Below are positions 1 to 11,590 of a stretch of 20,000 nt of DNA, piece after piece. Numbering within the stretch: position 1 is the first letter of the stretch; each line of letters starts with the position of its first letter. The stretch covers positions 50,068-70,067 of the forward strand of contig LVLI01000565.1 of NCBI GenBank assembly GCA_001687465.1. The letters are read 5' to 3'. Below the pieces are notes generated by a model. It was not told where the DNA came from, did no database searches, and saw only the letters and a program-made list of their open reading frames with translations. This stretch comes from Halocafeteria seosinensis (taxonomy: Eukaryota). Position numbers and translations under genes: made by a program.

Positions 1-231
1 ATCCCCGCTTTGTCCTCGATGCTCCCATCGCACAATTTCATCGCCTAACCCGACGTGCACAGTCCTCTCATTGGTCACCCCTTTGTATCCTCGATTCTGA
101 AGAATGTGTGCAATGGCGGCCGAGAAAACAAGTTCGTATTGAGAACCTATCGTCGCAGCCTGTTCCACGATGTCGTGCATGTTATCATAAGACGGTGGCC
201 ACTCTGGGCCACCGCGTCTTTCATGTGCCAT
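1..231 (-). CDS. Partial (runs off window edge) GxxExxY / PD-(D/E)XK nuclease-like protein
   Basis: Not in the ORF track. The frame is open from ATG at 231 to base 1: MAHERRGGPEWPPSYDNMHDIVEQAATIGSQYELVFSAAIAHILQNRGYKGVTNERTVHVGLGDEIVRWEHRGQSGD. The segment G-SQY-E-LVF-SAAIAHILQNRGY..V..E..V.V resembles the GxxExxY family N-terminal consensus (G.G..E.VY..AL..EL..RG....Q/E..I.V). The frame is also open some way upstream of 231. Confidence 0.45.
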   Translation of the reverse strand, partial: MAHERRGGPEWPPSYDNMHDIVEQAATIGSQYELVFSAAIAHILQNRGYKGVTNERTVHVGLGDEIVRWEHRGQSGD

Positions 232-731
232 CTTGTACTTCCTTAATTGTCCCCAGAACAACAATCCATTAAGCTTAGACGACACTTCAAGCGGATTCCA
301 GAGCTGCCATAAGGGGGCGAAGAGCGTGTATTCTACATGCAGCTCGAAAAAGCCACGTGCTAAAAGCTGCTGCAAACAATCCCCTAAATCGAATCAGCAT
401 CTTTGGTGGGCCAATAGTAGTTGCTTGTTTTTGTCTGACCATGTAGCCAGTTCCTATGTCGAGGCCGTGAACTCGTTTAGAATTCGACTGTCAGAAAAAA
501 AATTAAAAAAATTAGGATCCTGTGAGAATTCATGCTAAACACCACAGGAGTCTCTACCATCCACACATATCCGGTATCTCGTTGTTTGTCAGAGATTCCT
601 CATTTCACTTCTGAATTCCCGATCCCTGGGGCTGGCCGGGATAGTTGAGTCGATTGTGAGGGTGTTGTTGAAGTAGCAGATCCTGCCCAAAGATTCAGTA
701 TGTTGTATAGCTGATTCCCTCTCTAATTTAC

Positions 732-3700
732 ATGTTTAGACGCAAGAGGGGCTCCCGCCGCAATACCACGCCTCCCCGAAGCCAGGTGGATGAGCCCTCA
801 TCGCCGGCCTCTACGGCGTCAAATACGGCTCAGGCGCCTCGACTGGCTTCAGCAGGCATGGATGCTCGAGCTATGCAAGAGACTATTGAGTGGGTCGATG
901 AGATATGTGGTATGTATTACAGCCTTGAATCGACCTATGGTGTGCCGTAGGATAAGGTACTCAAACTCAAGCGCTGCAGGACCGGTCTCTTCGCTGCAAG
1001 AATGCCTCTCGATTGAAATACTTACGCAGCTTTTGCTCTCGGTATTGCCCGTGCATGCCGTCCCTTCCATACGCGAACAGCTAAAGTTCAGGGACCAATA
1101 TGAGTCGCTAGGCGCAGGAAAGGCCAACACGATCAGCGAAGTGGCATACTTACAGTAAGAGAGCCCTATCAGAAATACGTGTCAACCGTTTGAATGGCAT
1201 GGTTAAACATGTAACTACAGGGAATGTTTGCGCTTTGGAATATCTGAGTTATTCTTCCCGGTACGTTGAGGCTTGTTTCATCGCATGATCATTTGAGTTT
1301 GAACTGAGCGACTTGAACCGATTGACTTTTGCAGGGCGATATCGATAGACGGCATACCCGCGTCTTTTCACATATACTTGCCCTACGAAGACTGGATCGA
1401 TGGAAAAGGAAGCAGCCCTCGAATAAATCCAAAGAATCTCAAGGGAATAACTTTGTCCAGCATAGTTTAGCCCCGAGCGATTTTGCACCACAATACTCCA
1501 CAATGGACGGTAAGAGTCGGGCGCCGTTTTCTCCAAGTATGATGGACTATTGTGACACGGTCAATAAAATTGAATTCATTATAAGCACCCATATATCAAT
1601 GGAGGGAAGGTCTACCCTGCAATCGTACAGTGAACATGCAGCTTTGTATCATGGATTGACGTCGATGCTCGGCATCGGCGGACATAGAAGGCTGTGGAAG
1701 TTCTTGATATCGTTTTATCCGGAACTCTTTTTCAGAGACAGCGAAATCAAATCGTGGGATGACCCACCTGTTCCAGTCCATCAGGAGCATTGGAACACAG
1801 TTAAGATGCTTTGCAGAGAAGGGGTCCCAGAAGACTGCAGGGGCTGGTGCTGGTTTGCAATGTCAGGAGCATACTCTCGAATGTTAAGAGAATCTGGCCC
1901 AGTGAAGAGAGACCTAGCCACCGATGATAATTTTTACGCATCTCTATGCAGAAGAGGTATGAATCTACTGAGTGCAACAGAGGATAGGGACACGTTCGCT
2001 CAGGTGGCCAAAGAAGTCCTTGGAAGCAACTTCAATGCTGCTGCTCATATCAATGATATGCGAGAGTCTTTTGAGCAAATCAAGAAAGACTTTCGAAGAA
2101 CCTTGAACAATATTGATCCAATACTTGAAGCCCGAACAACTCTGGAATACAGTTTATGGGGAGTTACCAGGAATCATTACTCTTCCAATCCTGAGACCGC
2201 TGATGACGACTATTTTGGAGGATGCCAAACATTAACGTCGAACACCTATGACGTGCCTTGTCCACACAAAGGCAAGGAAGGTAAATGCTCGGCTGATTTA
2301 GAATTAGACGCGAGCGAAAAATCCCTGCGACACCTCGAGGAAGGTACTACGTCGATGAAACTCGAGTACCAGCCTCCCTCCCCGGCTCGTCGCTATTCGA
2401 GTGGAATCCACATCTACGGTACTCCTGAAGCTAACAGGCGAGGGCGAGCGACAGATGATTGTACATTATTTGACGAGGAGAATGGCCGCTTAGTACTATT
2501 TCAGCCTTTTGTAGGCAACACTGTAAAACTTAGCGAAGCGGCTGTAAAGATCTTAGATTTACCTCGCCTGCCGACTTCTTTGTGCTACACCATGACTTGC
2601 GATACTGCTACAGATGTGCGGGAATGGCTTGGAGCACACATTCTCGGAAGCATTTCAGAGGAGCATGCATCTTACACGGAAGCTATGTTAGAGGTTAAAC
2701 TCGCCATACAGATGAATCCTTCTTCGCTGTGGAGGGTTTTAAGTGCAACTTGTCTCTATTTACCGTCGGTAGGTTATTGCCAAGGGATGAACTTTATTGC
2801 TGCCCACGCCCTGAGGTGGCTATGCGAAGAGGAAGCGTTTTGGTGCTTGGCTCAGTTAATTGAGTCGTTATTCCCAGGTCGTGGAAACTATTTTTCCTCC
2901 ATGGAAATTGTGAGTGCTGATCAGGATATCGTGTCCTCTTTGATGGATGATAGTTTCCGGGAAAATCTGCAATTTCTCAATTTCGAAGAATCTCAAGAAC
3001 TTTGTCAAAGCATTTCTGCCACAACTCCTCGATGGCACCTTTGCGCGTTCGCTGCACCGTTTCCACCTGCTTTTACAGACCGATTATGGGATGGCTTGTT
3101 CCAAGAAGGAACGTCAGCTTTATTTCGGACTTCATTATCCATAATCAAATTCGTCATGGAGAAGTGGGGTCCTATCAAAGCACCAGTTCTTCATGATTTT
3201 ATCGCCGAAGTTGCACGTTTCCCCACTTGGATTAGTAAGGAACTCCGTTCCAGGACCCCGGCGACAAGGCTAGCCGATAGACTGGAGCCTAACATAAGCA
3301 TCAAAGAGGCATTTGCAGAACCCGGTTGCAATAGAAAGGCCGAACTTTCGGAAGAATCTAAAACGCTATGGGTATTACGATATGCGCTTCAATGTTTGCA
3401 CAATCAAGATCGGGCCTTCTTCGATGGCTTGATCGTGCCGAGTCATAATGGAGATAACATCGGGTCTCTTTGGTTACGGCCCCAACCTCATCCAAACGTA
3501 TTGACCCTTTTCTTTGATGGTATACAGACTTGTACAGATGTCGCCGGAGACGTTGTACCTCGCCCAGTATTATCTAGTATCCGCGTGAATGATGAGGAAG
3601 ACGCAGTTGTTGATATTGTTATTCTGCTGAAGTCTTTACAGGAGTTTAAAGCCCTAGCAGGGTGCAGCCTGAACGGCATACACGAAAGTGCTACGGCTTC

Positions 3701-6100
3701 TTCCTCGCCTGAAATTCCCTCAATTTGTGTTCCCGTGTTGAAGCTAATCTATCCGGCAGACACATCGATAGAGAGCGTGACCTCGACATTTCCAGCCAGC
3801 CCTCGTACCAACAGAAGACGGGCGAGTCACGACCTGTCAGCCATTCATTCTACATTCAACGAGTTGAGGCCACGGAGAGCATCTATTAACAACTCGGAGC
3901 TTTGTAAATCTACCTCTACGATGAGTAAGCATAAAATCTTTACTTCGTTCGCATGCTATCTCAGTATCTGACTCGGTGGAATGCAGGTCGTTTGGCATCC
4001 AAAGTCGGGGAGAAATTGATAAAGCGGGCGTCCTCGCGTGAAGATCATGCTCATACAGAAGGACCGGTTAGGCGTCAAAGCCCGAAAAGAACTCAGAGGA
4101 AAGGACATCCTAGCCCTGATCGTTTGCAAGAAGCAGCGAGTCGAAAATTCAAACGCTTCCAGCGACGCACGATAAAGACCATGGTCTCAGAGCGGGTGAG
4201 AGCTGTTATTTCCCAATGGCAGAGTTTACTTCAGAGTAAAGTAGTGAGTAGCTCGGTGGGGTGTAGGCTGTGGCTCTGGCTACCACTGAGCCAATCGAGA
4301 AAGACGGCTGACGTTGTTAGTCCTTTCGTGCATGAATTAATACCTCTCCGCGAAGAAGAGCTCTCCAGATGGATATGGCTTTGCTGGGTTGGGTTGTTCG
4401 GTTTGAAAGGAGAGAATGATTTGCTGGATGGATTTCCCATTACAGATGTAGCCTTACTTCCCCGTGGGAGCATATTTGAGGTGTCTACTGAGAAAATACC
4501 TAAAACTATCAATCTGGATAGTCAGTGGGCACAGTATTGGACAAGGATTGCGAGCACTAGTTGCGTATACAGACTTGAGGTGGATGGCAGCGTCAATATG
4601 GACAAAGACGCTCAGCTATTTCCTCACATATTGCTAAGGAAAGCGGGGACTACCGTGTGTGAACGCGCGTGCATACAGCTTTTGGCCATTCTACTTAGAG
4701 ACATATCGTTTTGGATACTCCGTAACGTCTATAACCATAAACGGTATGCGGAGATACACATAGAGTTGGATGCCAATCTCTCCCAGGTAACAAGAGCGGC
4801 GATACACCCGAAAGAGGAGAAACGGACAGAATTGTATCCATTTTTCTCAAAGGGATTGTTTGGTCTCATGGTAAACTTGTACAAGCAAGGAATCGAAGAA
4901 AGCATATTGCCTGTGCTACTCCGGGTGACACAGGGTCGCTTGAAAGCGTCAAAGATGAAGTCACTGGTGTGGAGTAAAGACTGTGAAGTTTCGTCCAGTA
5001 GGCTGCGCACGACCAGAGTTGCGCTGATGGCATGGAATGACCACCTGAATACACTAACAAAACGAGAGTCCGCCCGCGGCAGCGACATTGATAGGCTTCT
5101 GGAGGCGGAGAGAATTAAGCTCCAAAGAGGACTAGTCGTAAACAAAGCGGTTGAGCAGTTAACAGAGTCATCCTTTCAAATACATTGCGGAATGGTAGAG
5201 CCCAGCCCATCTTCGACAACCAACGAAGACCTCCAATTCGTGCTGGCTAATGAGACCCAAGACCGGTCAGCAGAGCGGGTGCTTAGTATGAAGCAGGACG
5301 TTCCATTGTATCATGGATCTCGCTTGTATAGAATGTCTCCCGAGGATACGCTCACCTCCGAAGAAGCTGCAAGTAATGGTGAAAACTCTGCCACAGGCTC
5401 AAACGAGGAGGAGAGCAGCATGAGAACTCGCCAGGGCAGCGTCAGCAGGCCTCAACCTGGAGTAAATACAGAAAAACGAAGAGGATCGCACTATGTTCGA
5501 CTACTACGCTCAGTTGAGCAAGCCAAGGGAACGAGCTTGGGAGATGTTGTGGAGGCAAATGGCGAGTCGAGCGCCGTTGCTCAAGTCAAGTTTCCTTGTG
5601 AGAGGAAGCTGGCGTTCTGGTATGGTAACCAGCCGTGTATGTACAGTTCGACTTCCGGGCTACTCGAGGAATATTTTTTGTACGATACGTACAAACTCAC
5701 CTACAGTGTTTCCTCCCTCGCGGTCGCGCTTGTGTGCAAGTTTAAGAACATCACCAGTTTGTCGAATACAATCTCAGCGGTGGATCCCCTCTTTTTTGCT
5801 CCTGAGACCGTCGCTCCTTCAGAGCGTTACCGGGCTCTGTCTGAAACGTATATAGACGTGATAAAAACTGACGCTGATGAGAACGGCTACCGTTTAAAGT
5901 CTCGCAAGAATAGCGCCCCAGTGAAGGGAAGCACTCCGTCTGACACAGCGAGTCGTTACACAAGCTTCTCGTCTGAATCCTCCGACCGGCCATCTATTCA
6001 ACCGGAAGAGATATTACTTAAACCAACGATGTCCCGGAAGTTATTCGAGCAGTATATGCGCTCGTCCAAAGTGGAGCGTGTCACACTTATAAAGAGATGA
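732..6100 (+). CDS. Large TBC-domain (Rab GTPase-activating) protein, ~1698 aa, 5 exons
   Basis: Exons 732-909, 980-1154, 1221-1260, 1335-3924, 3987-6100. All introns are GT..AG, 62-74 nt and phase-consistent; total 5097 nt = 1699 codons. TBC motifs: REGVPEDCRGWCWFAMSGA, IKKDFRRT (IxxDxxR arginine finger), YCQGMNFIAA (glutamine finger), EEEAFWCL, RLWD. Confidence 0.85.
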
Positions 6101-6592
6101 TGCGACGCACTCTAGAACAGGTCTTATCGATCGAAAGCAAATAGTGCGTCGAGTTCGGTACCCAGTCGACGACCTCGAGTTCCTTCACACTGTAGAGAAA
6201 CCTGATGTGGTAAGAAAACGTTGATACCGCACAGTTGCTGAAACGCGGTAGCAGATACTTTGCACTTGTGCTCTAAGGGAAACGGTATACACATGCATTC
6301 AGTACGCCTAAATTCCACGGTCGCTGGAGATTTCCTGCTACGGCGAGGTCCCTAAGTGAACTCCGAAAACGATTATGTACTGGGGATCAAGACTGTGTTT
6401 GGAACCAGTGAAGAGAACCTTGAGGCAGAACTGGAGAGTGTGCCCTTGCAAATCTTTGGCTTCGTCGGCAAACGCTCCGACGGGGCAACTCTCGACAGCA
6501 CCGAACGCAATCATTAAACGAGAGACGGCAACGCGAAAGCGTCCACTGGTTAGTTTCCGCTGGACCAAGGTATTTTCAATTAATCGTACACA

Positions 6593-7528
6593 TCAGCCTT
6601 CACACGCCATTGCCACTGTAGCTATAATTTCATCCCATCGGTCATAATCTATGTTATTTCCCGCAACCCACTCTCTCGACTCCCTTTGCAACTTATCGGA
6701 ATCAACAATCCTAAGTTCTATAATCCTGTTGGTAGGGTCTCCCTTGAGTGTGTCTCGTATTTGGGACAGCACTGGTTGCGCATCAGTTTGATCTTCAGAC
6801 AATAGCTCGTCAAGACGTAGTGGTCGAGAAAAGCGTCCCACATCGGCATTAATCCTAGTATTGAAAACATCTAAAACCTGGACAGTCAGGTGATTCAGTC
6901 GTCCGATTAGAAACCTGATTTCAGCTTCCAGCATATAACCCAATTCGCCGCGTAGCCTCTCTGCGTAACATTTGCTTCAAGTTCTGTAACATGCTGTGGC
7001 ACGCTTTCGGGAACACCTACTTATCAATGCAGTTTTGTCCTCTTCAGAAGTATACTCCTCATGACCGTGTACGAGGTACTGTAGTTCGCAGAAAACCTGC
7101 CTTGTAGTTTTGTAGTGGCTTACCAGGGAATCGGTTATGGCTGCCAGAGCCTCCAACGACTCGAACACCTTCTTATCTTGCTGAATTAAGGCAACTTTAG
7201 GGTAAGATGACACAGCCATCATCGCGTGTTTTTATCACTGTCTCGTACCTGAGCTCTTAAGGTATAAAGGTCAGACAATTTGACATAAGGCAGCCAATCC
7301 GGAATTAGATACCTGTGAAGCAAGTCCCACAGATGATTATTACCCCTTTTGCAACGCGTTTAATGAAGTGACAAGTACCAACGTTTTCTCGAGGATACGA
7401 TTACTCAACTGCACCCATGTTTGCTGGGCATCATGGTTTATGCACTCTTTCCACGCCTGTCGACACTCCTTGAGACGTCTTAGACAGTCTGTGAAGCTCG
7501 TTTTACACGCCGTCATTGTTCCCTCCAT
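6593..7528 (-). CDS. Multi-exon uncharacterised helical protein, tentatively C1orf109/CINP-like; exon boundaries approximate
   Basis: Minus-strand ORFs 7340-7696, 6977-7222 and 6593-6943, plus a small exon (YLIPDWLPYVKLSDLYTLRAQ, ~7250-7313), can be joined by short GT..AG introns. The N-terminus MEGTMTACKTSFTDCLRRLKECRQAWKECINHDAQQTWVQLSN resembles the C..(10)..W..LSN pattern of C1orf109, recalled from memory. The start could lie further upstream (7696). Confidence 0.5.
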
Positions 7529-8738
7529 ACCACATGATAGTACGAACTCAGTAGATCTGCATTTACTATAAATTGCTCGCTGTGAATTATGCAACAATGC
7601 TGTCGTTGAAACAAGTGAAATCATGTCGAAGCGACTCGAACTTCTCGAAGGCAATCGTCCCAACATTTGATTGTCTGATCTGGTGAGTAGGTGCATTAAA
7701 TCTGGGAAAGATAAAAATGTTGACAGTTTACAGCTGGCAAGCTACCCGTGTTGGCTCGGACTTATACTATGCCTTCTCCACAGTTTGATTTCTATCCCCA
7801 CCACGACGCGCTTCTTTCTCCGTGGCCAGGACACATGTACCAGTACTGTACAACTTGTACAACAGTTGCAATATCACGAAAATATTTTCCGAGCGTAATG
7901 CCGTCTCAAACATGTTGTAATGCTTCTTCTTTTTCGACTCTGACCAACACTTCACTTCTTCTGTCTGGCTACCACCACACTGTACCTTCCTTCTTTTCAG
8001 GGTAAACTTCTAAGTACTTGACGGTGACGTCAGTATGCATTTCGCAGATATAAAGAGCACGTAGCTCACGCAGGCAGCACTGCTGCGGATAACGGCTCCA
8101 TACAGTTTCAACGTGGTTTAAGCACCACTTCGTTTCCCTTATTGTCCTGCGAGAGTGCCCAATGCAAGCGAATTTCAGCAGTGCAGCAACGGAGTTTCTG
8201 GTCACAGTCGAGCGGAGTTTGCTCGCTCAGGCATTCACAATTGCGCAAACTGCTCCCAAACTGCATAAAACTTGCAAATATCCATTCTATAGACTTCGTA
8301 CAGTCGACGAATGAGTACTACCCCATGTACATTGCTCGTTGCGCTACTGACGTCAGAGTCGCAACACGTCACTATCAACAGTTGTCAGGTACTGCTCACT
8401 GACTGCTGGCGGCGCAGAACCCGCGCATCGATAGTATTGGTACGAATATCACTATAGTATGATTCCGTTCATCGATGTGTTATTATCATTGTTTTAGTTT
8501 ATCTGAGAAGGATATTTCGGTTCGCTGCCTCCTGCTCGCCGGGAGAACTCGTCACCTACAAAACTAGCTGCAACTCTTCCATCGGAGCAGTCAGTAGTTT
8601 CTTGATAGTGATACATGAGTGAACGAACCAGTGCTGTATCTAGGTTGCTCATAAGGGAGCGCTGTCTTTGGAAAGAATCGCGCTTTACTGCTTGAGACAG
8701 TTGAAGGCTTACACACCCACTCAAGAACTGCCGGCCAG

Positions 8739-10018
8739 ATGGGAGCGTGTCAAAGCAAAGTTGCCACGGGTCCATTGAACCATTTGGTGAGCCACGATCC
8801 GTTGGATGCGAGCATTAAGGCTGGTCACTGGAAATCCTTTAGCTCAGGGTCATTTACTGGTAGTCCGAGTGCAGTAAGTGCAAGGTTGACGGCTTTCTTC
8901 GACGTGCGGGCTGTCGATCCGTTTGGTTGTCTATTGCAGTATGACGCCAATAGACATGACATCTCTAAAGAAGCGCTCACAGAATACTCTACACATTCGC
9001 AAAGCAGAAGAGATTCAATGTCCTCCACCAAGCAATTTGCCGAGCAAGTGTGGAGGCAAAACAGTAGAGAATCTTTGAAACTCATTTTAGAGGGCAAAGG
9101 GGCTGACTACTTCCGAAAATTCTTAAAAAAGGAATTCAACGTGCGTACCTACCGTCCTGAAACTATGCCCTGACAACAACACTACACGTTTTGTATTGGC
9201 GCCCCATGCAGGAAAACCATTTAGACTTCCATGAAAACGTAGAGCAGATTAAACAGGCGAGACTTCGAGGAGCTCAGATTGGCGGAGCGCTGGACCGTCT
9301 GGATATCCGAGCAACAGAGGTTTACAATAAGTTTTTAAGAAGGGGATCTGCATATGAAGTGAATGTCCCGTCCCATATTTACGATCGTTCTATTACTGAC
9401 GACCCGTTGGAGGTCCTCGAGAGTGCTCAAGAGGAAGTAGTTAAGATGTTGTCAATGGACTGCTTCCCTCGATTCTTAAAAAGCGAAGAGTGTGCAAGGA
9501 TGCTTGACGACTTGGAAGATTCAACTCTGGCAGGGACGGTAGGAAAAGCTAAAGATGCGGCACCACGAGGAAAAGGCGAATGGCTTGCTATGTTCAAGTC
9601 TGTTGCAGATTTACTTCCAACTTGCATCGTTATCGCTGACATGATGGCAGCGGGTCAGCCGATAATCTTCGTCAACGAAGCTTTTACAAAGACAACATTG
9701 TATCCCAAAGCAGTTGCGGAAGGGAGAAATTGTCGCTTTTTGCAGGGTCCAGAGACTGATGCCGTCAGCATTGACATCATTCGAAATGCTTTGAAGGAGA
9801 ACAAAGACTGCCACGTAAAACTACTGAATTATCGAAGAAATGGTGAGGAATTTCATAATCTTCTGTCTTTGAAACCCGTTTTTGGCCTGCATGGACAATG
9901 CGAATACTACATTGGTGTTCAGTATGAAATTGACAGTGCTTCCATGATGGTTTCACGTCTCTTACAACACGAACAGTTGCTCAAGATGCTTCCATCAAAG
10001 ATTTCCTGGATGGAGTAA
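8739..10018 (+). CDS. RGS-LOV blue-light photoreceptor, copy A (~380 aa, 3 exons), N-terminal MGACQSK acylation motif
   Basis: Exons 8739-8873, 8940-9140, 9212-10018; introns gtaagt..ttgcag (66 nt) and gtgcgt..atgcag (71 nt). RGS domain: YFRKFLKKEFN|ENHLDF...VYNKFL..GSAYEVNVP...AQEEVVKMLSMDCFPRFLKS. LOV domain: PIIFVNEAF...GRNCRFLQGPET (Cys codon 9731-9733), NYRRNG, NLLSL, YIGVQ. A C-terminal Jalpha-like helix follows. Confidence 0.92.
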
Positions 10019-10804
10019 TTCAAAGTGCCGGTAGCCTCCCAAACGAGCTTTGGCTCTAGGCGGATGCTCTGGATCATTCAAAGGATACCAGGCAGGGGGA
10101 ACGTCTGCATCTTTTGGCCGCAATTTTGCTCCTGTAGAAGAGGAGCAACTGAGTGCCGTCAGCCACTCCAGCTCAAATGAAGATGGAACAGTCTATCCGC
10201 GCAGAGAAATATTGAAGGTTATTTGTACCAGCAATGAGGTCTTGACACATCCTGTCGATAATATTCCGAGTGGAGTTATAGAGAATGTTTAATCTGTTTT
10301 AATGAATTCTTGACCATCAATATTCGTTGGTGACAAGTCTGGGATCCTCAGGAGGTTCTTCAGTCTTACGCAGTACCATGCACTCATGGAGTGTTTCTTC
10401 CAGAAGGAAGCACCCAAAATCTCATCTTCATCCAATCATAATGATACTGATACGAATGCCATCTGACAGATCGGCGGATGGCATCTGTGATGCCTGCATT
10501 GCCTGGGACAAGAGTCCAACATTTAATTGTTCGATACAGCTATCCGTTCGCACGAACGTCTTGCCACTCCATGCTGCAACAGATGTAATGTACCTAACAA
10601 CTCAATAGGCACTGCATAGTTATGGAAATTCAAATAGACGGACACTGACCGTGTCAACCAGGCTCTCTGTCAGTCATATAGGCTATAGAGCGATTTTGTG
10701 AAGTTGGTCAGAATACGGTTGAACTATCCAGCAGCTGGCCCATATCAAGGCTATATATCGCCTCTTCTTCCGTTTTTAGAGGGGAAGATAAATAGAACGG
10801 AATA

Positions 10805-11587
10805 ATGACTATGGAAGCGAACCATCCCATGGTGGATTCATCTTATGGCAGCCTCTTGGACTCACGACTGAGCTCGGTGGCGCGCTCGTTGGACCTAAGC
10901 TTCCGCGAAATCGATGGTCCAGAGAGTACGTACCGAGTGACATTTCGAGGTTTACAGTATGTTGGTTTGAACTTACGGTGTGAACGCAGGTTTGAAGGAT
11001 GTTTACCGTGAGCTCATCGAGCAGGCAACAGAGTCAGCAATGGAAAACCAGCCATTGCCGCGCGCCACCTTCGAAATAGTGAAACTTAACAATAACTATA
11101 TATCGGACTTATCCGGTCTGGTCGAAGCTCTGGATGAAATATGCGAAGTAAATAAGATCCAAGTGTTAGATCTGTCGTTCAATCATATCCGCCAAATTGA
11201 CGATCACCTGGCTGGCTTAACCGACCTGAGATCGCTTTATTTCCATGCAAACGAAGTCTCCCGCTTCACGCAAGTCGAGAATTTAGCAAAATTACCAAAA
11301 GTAAGTGAGCATACTTGTAAAACCAAAGGGGAGTTTTCTTGAGATTAAAACTCTTTCATCCAACGCTACAGCTAGCTAATGTTACACTTCACGCAAATCC
11401 CGTCAGGGAGAAGGCTAACTATAGAAAGGTGCTACTGAGTACATTAACAGGACTTCGAAGGCTTGATTTCAGTAGTATAACTCCACAGGAGCGGAAGGAT
11501 AGTATCTACTGGAGGCAAATGACTAACGTAAAAGTCATTGGATCAGGCACGGAGGGCAGCCCAAATAGTAAGGGCAATTCACCCTGA
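10805..11587 (+). CDS. LRRC51: Leucine-rich repeat protein 51 homolog (~215 aa, 3 exons)
   Basis: Exons 10805-10925, 10990-11300, 11372-11587 (648 nt; introns 64 and 71 nt, phase-consistent). Motifs LDLSFREI, VKLNNNYI, LDLSFNHI, LYFHANEV and VTLHANPV..KANYRKVLL..L..L..LDFSSIT..ER....W match the LRRC51 LRR + LRRcap arrangement. Confidence 0.85.
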
Positions 11588-11590
11588 TCG

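Noticed and set aside
193..214. 8-bp inverted repeat cggtggcc..ggccaccg
   Set aside because: A single short stem inside a probable coding frame, expected by chance.
849..5993. Numerous antisense and alternate-frame ORFs over the TBC gene (likewise over the RGS-LOV, PIMT and hydrolase genes)
   Set aside because: Shadow ORFs of well-supported coding regions.
6124..6568. Two minus-strand ORFs downstream of the 6593 gene
   Set aside because: Could not be linked by convincing splice sites and show no recognisable motifs; left unannotated.
10019..10804. Short ORFs and an imperfect hairpin (tgccatctg...cggatggca, ~10456-10482) between RGS-LOV A and LRRC51
   Set aside because: No consistent spliced model or recognisable motif. 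The RGS-LOV A stop matches the paralog's C-terminus, so this is not an extension of it.
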